Source: the human T2T-CHM13v2.0 reference genome, Homo sapiens
Length of the DNA stretch: 64,000 nt
Direction: 5' to 3' (one strand)
NCBI RefSeq assembly: GCF_009914755.1
Contig: NC_060947.1
How positions within the stretch are numbered: position 1 is the first letter of the stretch; each line of letters opens with the position of its first letter. This document shows positions 29,593-45,697 of the stretch, one piece after another. Below the pieces are notes generated by a model that did no database searches, was not told where the DNA came from, and saw only the letters and a list, made by a program, of their open reading frames with translations. The position numbers and the translations under genes were made by a program.

Positions 29593-29900
29593 CAGGGATT
29601 GTCAAATAATGGCTGGCTGCCAGTTTTTTGTGTCCATGAACTGAGAATGGTTTTACATTTTTAAATGCTTTAAAAAAATTAAAGAAGAGTATTTTATGAT
29701 ACATGAAAACTATATAAAATTCACATTTCAGTGGCCATAAATAAAGTTTTTATTAAAATATAGCCACACACAAATTTGTTTCTGTGGCTGCTTTCATGCT
29801 ATAATAGTAGAGTTGGGTAGTTACAACAGAGACCATATGACCCTCACAGCCTAAAATATTTATTCTCTAGCTTTTTACTGAAAAAGCCAACTGACCCCTG
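29593..29900. mobile_element. MER58B-like hAT-Charlie element
   Basis: CAGGG...CCCCTG termini with an 8-bp TSD GTATACAC/ATATACAC. Confidence 0.8.
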
Positions 29901-29935
29901 ATATACACCAACTGATGTATCATTAGAAAACTAGT

Positions 29936-30230
29936 GCCAGGTGTGGTGGCTCACACCTGTAATCTCAGCACTTTGGGAGGCTCAAGCTTGCCTAGCTTTG
30001 CCCAGGTGGGTGGATCACTTGAGCCCAGGAGTTTGAGACCAGCCTGGGCAACATGGTAAAACCCTGTCTATACAAAAAAAAAAAATAATAAAATTACCAG
30101 GAGGCTTAGGTGGGAGGATCACTTGAGCCTGGGAGGCAGAGGCTGCAGTGAGCCGTGATCACGCCACTGCACCCCAGCCAGGGTGACAGAGCAAGACTCT
30201 GTCTCAAAAAAAAAAAAAAAAAAGAAAGAA
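29936..30230 (+). mobile_element. AluJ element with an internal insertion and deletion
   Basis: AluJ diagnostic cttgagcccaggagtttgag; TSD AGAAAACTAGT (29925-29935, 30231-30241). Confidence 0.9.
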
Positions 30231-30794
30231 AGAAAACTAGTAAAGACAAGTATCCTCCCAAAATAAATAAACCCACAGAAGTACTTCTCTTACACAGGCA
30301 ATAGTTATTTAAATAACATCTTTTCCTGCCTTATTTTTCTCCTTGATAGGTACCACTATTTATCACTGTTTTACACACTATACTTTTGCTTGTTTAAATA
30401 AACAGACACAGGTTAACTATTTCTTCCCTCTAGATTGTACCTTTAGTGAGGGCAGGGGTTTGTGTCTGTATTGCTTACTGTTGGATTCTCTAGCACCTAA
30501 GCATGTAGTAGACACACAATGTATATTTTATTTGAGTATTTACATATCTGTTGAATTGAGAAACCAACCACTGAATTTGCTACATATTACTGTATCCAAC
30601 TCTGAGGATGATTGGACAACAGAAACAAAGTATCCTTTGTTCATTTGCATAGCTTGCCTAGCTTTGCTCTAGAGATTGTAGGAGGTATCTCTGAATTTCA
30701 GCAACATCTAACAGCATTTTGATGCTCTTCCCTAGTGTATATAGCACTGAAGAGCAGCATGTATAAATATACATATCAGACACATTCATTTTTT

Positions 30795-30920
30795 AAAGTA
30801 TTTAATAATATACTTTTATAATGTATTTTATATAATTATGTTAATGTATAATATATTAATTTTATATTATATTTAATATTAATTATACATAATATTAATA
30901 TAAATTTACATATATCTATA
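30795..30920. repeat. AT-rich low-complexity tract
   Basis: Almost entirely A/T with TA/TAA motifs. Confidence 0.7.
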
Positions 30921-32880
30921 CCTCAAGCTTTTATATCAATTATTGTTTTTATACATTTGAAACAGTAGGCTTTGTGAAGTGAATGGCACATAGTAAATAC
31001 CTAAAGGTTAAAATAATTGAAGAATTAAGCAAGCTCTTAGGTAATAGGTTATTTTATGAAGACAGAGGTATTGCTTAGTGGTTTCCCACTGCATTTACAA
31101 GGAAATCCAAATGGTTTTCCAGCCAGTAAAGCCTTGTATGATTTGACTGTTTGTCTTTGTCTCCCACCTTCTCCCTTGCTGGTTATGCTGAAATCAAACT
31201 GAACTTCTTTAAGTTACTCTATTACCTTAAGGTCCTTTATTTATAGTTAAACAAAATATTATGACTCCCCCATAGACTCTAAGCTCTATTAGGGCAGGGA
31301 TCGCAGATGCCTTATTCACCATTAACAACCCAATGTTTAGCAAAATGACTGAAATATAATAAGCAGTAAGTAAATATTTTTTGAACGACTACATATGTGA
31401 TTAAAAGAACACTGGGGTTGATGTCAGAAACCCTAGGTTAAAATCTTGGGAATGCATTCTGAATCTTGATCTAGGTGCCAATTACACAACTGTGTTTGTG
31501 AAAAGTCATCGAGTTTTAATGTTGGCATTTTTTATGTAAATGTGTTGATAAGTTTTAAAAAACCCAGTCCTAAGATCCTCCTATTTACTATGCAAACATG
31601 AGTAAGTCCATTTCTCTGAAATTTAGTTTTATCATTTATCAAGAAGTCTTTTTGTACCTATCTCATAGAGTTGTTGCAAGCACTGATGACATAAGTGAAA
31701 TTGCCTTATCATAATAGATATACAACAAATACCAGTTGAATTTCTATTCTTTGAAGGATGTAGAAGCAGAAAGATGCAGAGGTGAAACTCCCAGAGGCCA
31801 AATAGGATGAAACTTTCACTTACAGAAGAGCTCTTAGATAGCCAAAGAGAGTTGTGACTTTAAGAGACACCACGAGGAGGGAATGAACTCCAGGGAGCGC
31901 CTGATCTCTAGAGTATGCCACAGGGCCCTTAGATCCTTTTACCCTTAAAAATTAGAAGGGCCTTGGGGTCTGGGGAAGAGCAAGAGGCTGGGATTGGCAA
32001 AGCCTTAAGGAGAGTAACCAGGTATTATAGTCATGTTGTGTCCAAGCACTGTGGTGGACAGTGAAGTGATTGACCTGCCTAATTAACCATGAGAGAGCCA
32101 TGTGGCTAAAAAGTAAAGTCAACATAGAAGTCCTCTACAAATTAAAATGTAGCCTGCAGTGTTTCAAAACTAATAAAGAGCTAGATATAATTGAATCGCA
32201 GAGGATTACTGGAAGAAGAATAACTACCAAGAATAGGAGTTTCCAGTCTATTGTCACAGGAAGCCTGGGAAAGAGGGGCAAGTACATTTAAGGAACATCA
32301 AAAATGGCAAAGGAACTCTTAGAGAACCTCCAGTTCTCTAAGAGTTCCAAATTTAAATCATTCCAAATTTAAAACATCAAAGCAGCTGAAGCCAAATCAT
32401 ATTTAACTTAAAACATTCAGCTTACAAAATATACCTTATATCACTCTCTGTCTGAAGTAGTAATAGTTACACTTAATGTATTGAACCATATTGACCAACT
32501 AGAAGATAAACCTCAAGAACCAGATTGTACCAAAACATTTTGAGGGGAAAAATACCAAATCTTTGTTAGTATCCTCATAGGTCCTGCTTACTGTTACTAA
32601 GAACTATTAAAACTGTTATTTAATCCTCCCTCAAAGCCTGTGAAATTAGAGCTACTATTAATAACCCCATTATGGTTGAAGAAACTAAGTCTTAAAGAGG
32701 CTAAATAACTTTCCCAAGATCAGATAGATGGTAATTGGCAGACAAGGCCTCAAGCCCACATATGTATGATAGCAAAACCCATGCTCTTACCTGTTGTTGG
32801 AACTCTTTGTTGAGATGTATATAACGTGTCATCATTTAAAAGCTCACGCTTGTATGTGTCTATTAAGATAAGTATATCAA

Positions 32881-33194
<314 letters not shown>

Positions 33195-33887
33195 TTATAC
33201 ACCTTAAATATATACAATTAAGAAAGACTATAGTAAAAAAATTCAGACTGAAAAATCAACAGGAAACAAACCTGATATGGTTCTCAGAAAAGATATACTT
33301 TCCAAAAGGTAGATAAAATATGATACAGATTCTATTATTGTCCCAAATTAAGGAAATTTTAGTGCATCTAATAAGATAAGTAATATATAAAAGAGCCTAA
33401 CATTTTCCCTAGTATATTATAACATAGTAATTATTCAATCAACATTCAAACAACTGTATATTATACAGTGGTATTTTGTTTGGTATTTTCTGAACTGAAA
33501 TGATAGCAGCTCCCAGGAAATTGATATAAAGTCAGTCTGGATCTCCATCTAAAACATAGTGTCCACTTTGCAACCTTCAGCCTGTATTTGGGGATGCATA
33601 CTTCTGTATATAGTTGTTTGACAGTTTTGGTGATGCTGGGCTCCTAATAATGTGGATATTAGTTTGCTCTACCTAAGTACTGTACTGAACACTGCATTTC
33701 TGCATTGTTAAGTTGTCATTTCTAAACTGTATGAACAATATAAAGATCAATAAAGTCTTAACTTACAATTTTAAAAGCTGTGGTACTGGACATCTGTTCA
33801 GTGCCAATATGACTTCCATATACAAGAAATGCACACAGAGAAGAAATCCTGAAAACTGTAGATTGTTGACTCTTACTTGAATATACT

Positions 33888-34240
33888 TGATACGGTTTGG
33901 CTGTGTCCCCACCCAAATCTCATCTTGAATTCCCACGTGTTATGGGAGGGACCCAGTGGGAGGTAATTGAATCATGGGGGGCAGGTCTTTCTCGTGCTGT
34001 TCTTGTGATAGTGAATAAGTCTCATGAGATCTGATGGTTCTGTAAGGGGGAGTTTCCCTGCACAAGCTTTCTTTTTTTGCCTGCTGCCAATCATGTAAGA
34101 TGTGACTTGCTCCTCCTTGCCTTCTGCCATGATTGTGAGGCTTCCCCAGCCACATGCAACCATAAGTCCATTAAACCTCTTTTGTAAATTTCCCAGTCTC
34201 AGGTATGTCTTTATCAGCAATGTGAGAAGAGACTAATACA
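33888..34240 (+). mobile_element. THE1A-like MaLR solo LTR
   Basis: TGATACGGTTTGG...CTAATACA with a perfect TSD ATACT (33883-33887, 34241-34245). Confidence 0.9.
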
Positions 34241-34338
34241 ATACTGAGAGTATCATGTATAACATTGTTACTGAATTGTAAACTCAAAAAAAAAAAGCAG
34301 ATAATTTGTCTCTCGTTTGCCAATTTTTTTCTCTAAGG

Positions 34339-34551
34339 CAGGGTTTTTTAACTTTGACACTATTGACATTTTGGACTGGTTAATTCTTTCTTGTAGGGGG
34401 CTGTTCTATGCATTGTAGGATGTTTAGCAGTACCTGGCCCCAACCCACTAGATGTCAGCAGCACCCCTCTCCAGTTGTGACAAACAAAAATATCTCTAGA
34501 CATTGCCAAATGCCCCCTCGGGGGAAAATTGCCTCCAGTTGAGAACCACTA
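34339..34551. mobile_element. MER20 (hAT-Charlie)
   Basis: cactattgacattttgg...tgtaggatgtttagcag...gacattgccaaatgcccc...gttgagaaccact; degenerate 8-bp TSD ctctaagg/ctctgaag. Confidence 0.85.
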
Positions 34552-35523
34552 CTCTGAAGAATAAAATAGCGTGTGGCAAATAAAAGACACTCACCAAATA
34601 TTTTTGGATTGACTGAAGACAGGAAAGAACAGTCTCCCACAAAATGTACCACTTGTGATATGCTTTGAATATCTAGGTATGACCTGGAAAAATTTCTATA
34701 ACTTTAATAGTTATGTATTTTATATACATTAGAAAATATATAACATGACAAACCCATGTTTTTGCCTGCTATTTTATAGGACAGTGCTAAAGTCGATACT
34801 GAAGTTAAAAAGTAACTTAATTGAAAGAAACATTAACTGTACACAACAGATACATTAAACACAACTCATCAAATTGATTAAGGTGGTATGTGAATTACTG
34901 GAGTTTGAAGCACTCATTTATACTAAGGGAAACTTAAGCACAAATGAGCTTCCCCTAAGTCTGGTTTGTGTAGGCCACTAGAATCCTCTTTGGGAATGAT
35001 CTACTGCCTTGCACAGGCTAGATACAGGTGTTGAAGACAAATTGCTTACTCTTTGAGAATTAGTCTGATAGACACTATAAGATATGAACATCAGGATGAG
35101 GTAGCATTATGAGAGTTCAAAGGAAAAAGAAATTACTTTCTACTCAGGTAATGAGGGAAAATATCACTATTGATATTGAAGGATGAATGGAATTTTTGTA
35201 GTAGATAATACAGAGGAAAAGAGCAGAGGCAAAGAGTTGGACCAGTTCAAAACATATTTAAGGGATGAGTAGAGGCTGGTTTGGCTGGAGTGTAGTATAA
35301 CTATTAAGGAAGGTGGAACCTGCTTGTAGAGGGTATGTAATGCCAGGGTGGGTTATCCATAGAACAAAGATTATTTGATTTTCTAATGTCTGGCTAAAAG
35401 CTGCTTTGTTGTTATTGTTTTTAAGTGTATTGTCATTATTTTAGAAGTAATGTTTAGTTTGGGATGGGGACCTGACTGAGAATCAAGATAAATAAATACT
35501 GCTGCTTACAGAAGTATAAAAAC

Positions 35524-35525
<2 letters not shown>

Positions 35526-35571
<46 letters not shown>
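35526..35571. repeat. (CA)n microsatellite
   Basis: About 20 AC units directly upstream of the L1. Confidence 0.95.
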
Positions 35572-35572
<1 letters not shown>

Positions 35573-36073
35573 CTGAAAGAAGGGACCAGATGGGGGCAGG
35601 GCACAGACAAACAAAAAAATAGCAGTAACCTCTGCAGACTTAAATGTCCCCGTCTGACAGCTTTGAAGAGAGCAGTGGTTCTCCCAGCACGCAGCTGGAG
35701 ATCTGAGAACGGGCAGACTGCCTCCTCAAGTGGGTCCCTGATCCCCGACCCCCGAGCAGCCTAACTGGGAGGCACCCCCCCAGTAGGGGCGGACTGACGC
35801 CTCACACGGCCGGGTACTCCTCTGAGACAAAACTTCCAGAGGAACGATCAGACAGCAGCATTCGCGGTTCACGAGAATCCGCTGTTCTGCAGCCACCGCT
35901 GCTGATACCCAGGCAAACAGGGTCTGGAGTGGACCTCTAGCAAACTCCAACAGACCTGCAGCTGAGGGTCCTGTCTGTTAGAAGGAAAACTAACAAACAG
36001 AAAGGACATCCACACCAAAAACCCATCTGTATATCACCATCATCAAAGACCAAAAGTAGATAAAACCACAAAG

Positions 36074-37090
36074 ATGGGGAAAAAACAGAGCAGAAAAACT
36101 GGAAACTCTAAAAAGCAGAGCGCCTTTCCTCCTCCAAAGGAACGCAGTTCCTCACCAGCAATGGAACAAAGCTGGACAGAGAATGACTTTGACGAGTTGA
36201 GAGAAGACGGCTTCAGACGATCAAACTCCTCCGAGCTACAGAAGGAAATTCAAACCAAAGACAAAGAAGTTAAAAACTTTGAAAAAAATTTAGACGAATG
36301 TATAACTAGAATAACCAATACAGAGAAGTGCTTAAAGGAGCTGATGGAGCTGAAAGCCAAGGCTCGAGAACTACGTGAAGAATGCAGAAGCCTCAGGAGC
36401 CGATGCGATCAACTGGAAGAAAGGGTATCAGTGATGGAAGATGAAATGAATGAAATGAAGTGAGAAGGGAAGTTTAGAGAAAAAAGAATAAAAAGAAACG
36501 AACAAAGCCTCCAAGAAATATGGGACTATGTGAAAAGACCAAATCTACATCTGATTGGTGTACCTGAAAGTGACGAGGAGAATGGAACCAAGTTGGAAAA
36601 CACTCTGCAGGGTATTATCCAGGAGAACTTCACCAATCTAGCAAGGCAGGCCAACATTCAAATTCAGGAAATACAGAGAATGCCACAAAGATACTCCTCG
36701 AGAAGAGCAACTCCAAGACACATAATTGTCAGATTCATCAAAGTTGAAATGAAGGAAAAAATGTTAAGGGCAGCCAGAGAGAAAGGTTGGGTTACCCACA
36801 AAGGGAAGCCCATCAGACTAACAGCTGATCTCTTGGCAGAAACTCTACAAGCCAGAAGAGAGTGGGGGCCAATATTCAACATTCTTAAAGAAAAGAATTT
36901 TCAACCCAGAATTTCATATCCAGCCAAACTAAGCTTCATAAGTGAAGGAGAAATAAAATACTTTACAGACAAGCAAATGCTGAGAGATTTTGTCACCACC
37001 AGGCCTGCCCTAAAAGAGCTCCTGAAGGAAGCACTCAACATGGAAAGGAACAACCAGTACCAGCCACTGCAAAATCATGCCAAATTGTAA
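36074..37090 (+). pseudogene. L1 ORF1p, disrupted by a premature TGA at 36461-36463
   Basis: MGKKQSRKTGNSK... followed by ...RPNLHLIGVPE...NHAKL in the same frame, separated by the stop. Confidence 0.93.
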
Positions 37091-37126
37091 AGACCATCGA
37101 GACTAGGAAGAAACTGCATCAACTAA

Positions 37127-40974
<3,848 letters not shown>

Positions 40975-42469
40975 ACAGTGAGAACACATGGACACAGGAA
41001 GGGGAACATCACACTCTGGGGACTGTTGTGGGGTGGGGGGAGGGGGGAGGGATAGCATTAGGAGATATACCTAAGGCTAAATGACGAGTTAATGGGTGCA
41101 GCACACCAGCATGGCACATGTATACATATGTAACTAAGCTGGACATTGTGCACATGTACCCTAAAACTTAAAGTATAATAATAATAAAATAAAATAATAA
41201 AATAAAATAAAATAAAATAAAATAAAATGAATCTTAACACACACACACAGACAAAAAAGAAGGGACCAGAGACTAGAACAGCAGAGGATCCGAATGGAAA
41301 GATCATTCCATCAGAAGAAGCAAGGAGGTAACCTGGGCCTGGGGGAGTTTGGGGCTTGAGGTGATATGGGTATTAGGCCTTGAGCCTTTTATCTCTCTAA
41401 GAAAATTGTCTTATTTAAAATAAGATGCTGATCTTTGGAAGTTTATTACTGAAACGCTCGGTGAGGTGGCTGACATGTAGTATTGATTTTTGCCTCCTTG
41501 GTTTTATCTTCCCCTGGAAGATGGCTGCCTCCAGTGATGCTTGTTGTCTCCACCATGCTGACCTCTGGAGCAGCAATTCCTCTTTGAAAATCCTGGCCCA
41601 TGCCTGACAGCTCGTTCCTTTGTGGTTTTTCCTAACACAACTGAAATAGGTTTGATTCTTTTCTAAAAGACTTTATTAAATATTAAAGAATAAACAAAAA
41701 ATAAAATATGAGAAGTCCTGCCAGATTTACCTAGCATCTCTGATATCACTGTCCCTGGTCAAGCCACTCTCACACCTCAAATCTCCTTTCCCTACTGCTG
41801 CCAGAGGTGTCTTCTTTAAATCCCAATTTAGCTATATCACTACCCTGTTTAACTCTTTCATGCTTCTCATTCGTACATGGATTATATTTTAGTATATTAA
41901 CTTTCTTTTGGTATTTCCTGGAGTAAGGATGGTTTTATAGTTATGTTGACATAATGATTATTTCATTTATCTGATTTGAATGGGTTACAGTTAAAATTGA
42001 GATGACACTTGGGAAGGGTGAGCACCTTCCTGTAAAAAGGTATGAGTTCTAACACTTTCCTAAAGGTTTCCCAGAATAGCTTTATCTGAAGGGTCAGGAG
42101 TCACTGTATTTCAAATTGTGCTTCCTATAGTGCTAGGTTTCTGATGAGGTATGTCCAGGCCACCTCCAGAAAAAATCTCAATGGGTGAGACTACAACCCT
42201 CCACCCCAATTCTGCCTGAAGAGTTCCACCCTAACCCATTTTTTATATATTGGTGGTCCGCATAAAATTTTTTGAGGGCTGTCTGCTGCTTTCAAAAAAG
42301 ATGTGTTGATGAGAAGTCATTAGATGATTTCTAAAGTTCCTTTCAACTCCAAAATTATCTGAGAATCCAGCCCCCTTGACTTCTTTCTTGATTCACTTTA
42401 TGCTAATTTTGTTCCATATGATTAAAATAATAGAATTTCAGAGCTGCAAGAAACTTTAGCAGTTATCTT

Positions 42470-42790
42470 GTCCAGTTTTCCAAAATGAGCTCCAAAGAAC
42501 AAGACTCCTGAGAAACGCCCATCGCTTACAGAAAGGACTGTATAGCTAAATATTTTGAGACTGTACTTTTGTCCCATTGCTCATTAGCATTTTAAAGGCT
42601 CTGAAAAGTCTTATAATAAAGAAACCTGATTAAATTAAGTCGGTATTTCCTACATGGGAAGCATGGGCTCTGTATCAACTTACTATGACCTTCTTTATCT
42701 GGTACTAGTTTCTGCCCTATTACCAGATCAAAGAGCTCTGTTTTTGAATAACACACTTTTTAACATGCTGTGGAGGATAATTTGGGAAAA
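42470..42790. mobile_element. Degenerate hAT-Charlie (Charlie4-like) fragment
   Basis: agcattttaaaggctctgaaaagtc...aaagaaacctg motif recalled from Charlie4; boundaries are approximate. Confidence 0.45.
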
Positions 42791-43758
42791 CTCATATAGT
42801 TGAGCCTCCTCCTTTTGCAAAGAATTTATGATAGGAAATGATTGATCAAGTGTCACACAGCTGATTATCAGGTCTCAGTCTAATATTTATTCCTTATTGG
42901 TCTCTGCTTAACTTCAAGTAGGTTATAGATTCCTTAATGGACTGATAGTTTATGTCTTATAGCTTTACCTTTCAGGCGCTTAGTTTCATATTGGGAACAT
43001 GACAAGTGAATAATAAATACATGATAGCTCTATGATTGAACCCTGTGAGAAAATGAAGCATTATGATATGAATTGGTTTCTGTGTATGTATGAGTGTTTT
43101 TTTTTTTCATCTTTTGGAAACAGAATTTCTGCTCCCCTGTGTACACCCTTTCTCTGTAATTGCAGTGTATGTTTTTTGTTTCTCCAAAGTTTCTGTTGTC
43201 AGTAGTTTATGATCATTGGTTCATACTGTTTATTGGAAATAACTCTGTGGGCTGCTTTGCCTCAGGGCTAATTTGATTAGGGATGCTGTTGTTTTACACC
43301 GTTTGGGAAAATGTTACACTTTAAAGGGTATTGGATTTGTCACAGAATGATATTGAAGGGAAGCCGGAGACAGGAAAGCTAGTAACTTGCTGGCCTGGTT
43401 ATTAGCATTGGACCTTTTGGGATTTTTGTCTGCCATTTTTGTTGATACTGCTGTTTTCTGAAGAGATAAGTGTGTGACCAATTTGAGGATTGTTATTTGG
43501 CACACGCAGAAACTAGTACCAGATAAAGAAGGTCATAGTAAGTTGATATAGAGCCCCTGCTTCCAGAATATTGTGCTTCTGTCCTCTGAGGTTAGATTTT
43601 CTCTTTGTGAGGGAGAAAACATTTATGTAAGGGAGAAAGATTGGAATGTACTGAAATGAAATGCTCACATTGACCACATCAGCTGTACTGGAGCTTATCT
43701 GATGTAGCCACTCAGCCTCTATCAATCTGACTGTGTGTATGTGCTCTGTTTTGTACAG

Positions 43759-43809
43759 GGAATCATCATCCAGGGACGTGCCAGAAACCACAAGAAAACA
43801 TGGGGAGGG
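43759..43809 (+). other. PRRG1: PRRG1 exon containing the start codon (41 nt 5'UTR + 10 nt CDS)
   Basis: Acceptor ctctgttttgtacAG (AG 43757-43758) and donor G|GTAAGT (GT 43810-43811). ATG at 43800 lies in strong Kozak context (aacATGg). Confidence 0.93.
43800..43809 (+). CDS. PRRG1: PRRG1 first coding segment, M-G-R plus first base of the Val codon (phase 1)
   Basis: ATG GGG AGG G joins TT of the 63393 exon to give [20 protein letters not shown], the PRRG1 N-terminus as I recall it. Confidence 0.93.
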
Positions 43810-44430
43810 GTAAGTTTCTCTTCCTTTTTAAGTAATTCAGACTGTCTCCATAGCTATTATAGTCAGGAAATTAAATTTCTAACTCATAGTATATTTGTGG
43901 ACACCTAAATTGTATTTCTTGTTAGTGTTAGAAAGTTTTTGTCTGAAGCAGGGCTTTTCAGAGAAAGACCATCAACCACATTTATTCACTGGATCTTTGA
44001 TTTTCTTCTTTTGTAGAGACCTCCCAGTATAGGGAGAGATGGATCAAGCTTGATACTATATATATAGTATATACTATTTTATATATATAACTCACAGATA
44101 CTATATATATACACCTTCCCCAAACCCAGCTTCTTTATAAGTCTTTTTTCTGTTTTCTGTTTTCTTGCTAGTAACACAAAATAAAGAGAGTCTACTATGC
44201 AGCCAATAACAGTAGTAAAAAAAAATCATCTGTGAGGTTGATTTGTAATTTTTTTAAAAATTTTAAAGCCCGGCATTAAGAACCATTAGATGAATTCCTT
44301 TTGTTTATTTTTGCCTTCTCATAAGGCTGTTTATGGGCAGTGGACAACAGATAAATTTAAGTTCATTTCATTGTTAATATTAAGCAGCCACCACAGGGAC
44401 TTCATAAATAATTCTAATTAATGTATATCA

Positions 44431-44970
44431 TGTCAACCTAAAATAATCAAAAGGGTCAGAATCTAGTTTAAAGAGTTTATTTGAGTGCAAAGGTTGAGGA
44501 CGGACTCCAAAGAATGGAAATCACTGTTTCCAGTTGTAGAAGTTTGGGGATCACTCGAATAGACAAAGTTTAGGATATTTTAACAGAATTTTAACATCTT
44601 TCTATGTAAGGCTTACTGCATAGTTACAATGACCTGATTGATCCGGGTGGTCCTTTTCTTTCAGGAAAGGTATATTTAACATTCCACACTGAAGATGTGA
44701 TTGTCATGGGGTCTCTGTTTGGGGCACCATCTGGTCTGAGTTAGGTACAGGATAATAGAGTAGCAAAGATCAGTGACTGAAAGGGGGAGGTCTGGCCTCT
44801 GGTCTTTGCTATTCATTTACAAAACAATAGCAATGAGGAAGAGTGTTAAACTATAACCTAAGAAACAGAACTGCAAAATGTTATGTGACTGAAACCACAG
44901 TCACATGTCTCCCAAGGCTTAAAGTGTTTTGGGGGGTCCCAACAGCTTTTACATTTTATTAATTTTCACA
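44431..44970 (-). mobile_element. ERV1 MER4-group solo LTR (subfamily uncertain)
   Basis: TGTCAACC...TTTTCACA termini, TSD ATCA/ATTA, and a minus-strand AATAAA (tttatt) near the left end. Confidence 0.7.
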
Positions 44971-45019
44971 ATTATAAAATTAGAATGCCTTGAAGGATCT
45001 CAGAGGAAGATTTGGTGTG

Positions 45020-45230
45020 TGGTGTGGTATAGTACAGTGAGAAGAATACTGGATACAGAAGGCCTGAATTCAAGTTCCACCTCTACTACCTTGATCAAAT
45101 CCTAGAACCTCCCTAAACTCGTTTGTTCATCCCTGAGGTGGGATTAATACATTCTGCACTTCTAGCCTCAGAAAGTTGTCGTTGGCATAATGTGATAATA
45201 CATGTAAAAGTGTTTTGAGAGTTCTAAAGT
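45020..45230. mobile_element. MIR fragment
   Basis: agaaggcctgaattcaagttccacctctact...gtgataatacatgtaaaagtg; boundaries are approximate. Confidence 0.5.
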
Positions 45231-45697
45231 GTAATGGAATACAGCAGTGGTATCTGCCCATTACTGTCCTTACTAACTATATCTTCATTGTTTTTTTAAT
45301 GGATAAAAATGAGGTTATTTGACCAGATGCTTCTGTAGGCAGCATGACTGGGACTTGGGTCATGCAAGCAACTGAGAATTCTTTTGTTGCACTTTGCTTG
45401 CCCCACCCTTGTGTGGGCCCTGGTAGGAAGCCCTAAGGATTATGGATCAATCATGGAAAATATCTTCTTGAATCTTGCTGAATCAGCTTTTGTTCCTGTT
45501 TTCTCCAGAGCTGCCCTTGGAAATTGATTAGGCCTAGCTATTCTGGTTCTTTCCAGATCTTCACAAAAGATGGCAATCTCTGATGGTTTCGAAATTTTAA
45601 AACTAAATGAACTTTTTAAAAACTATTCGGAATTCTGGGACTAATCTGTGCCACGTCCTGCCCGCAAATCAGCTCTCAATGGAAGCTTCTAGAGTAG

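Noticed and set aside
44001-44140. Strong acceptor ttttcttcttttgtAG at 44016 just downstream of the ATG exon
   Set aside because: It reads into TA-rich low complexity and a stop, with no convincing donor or other support.
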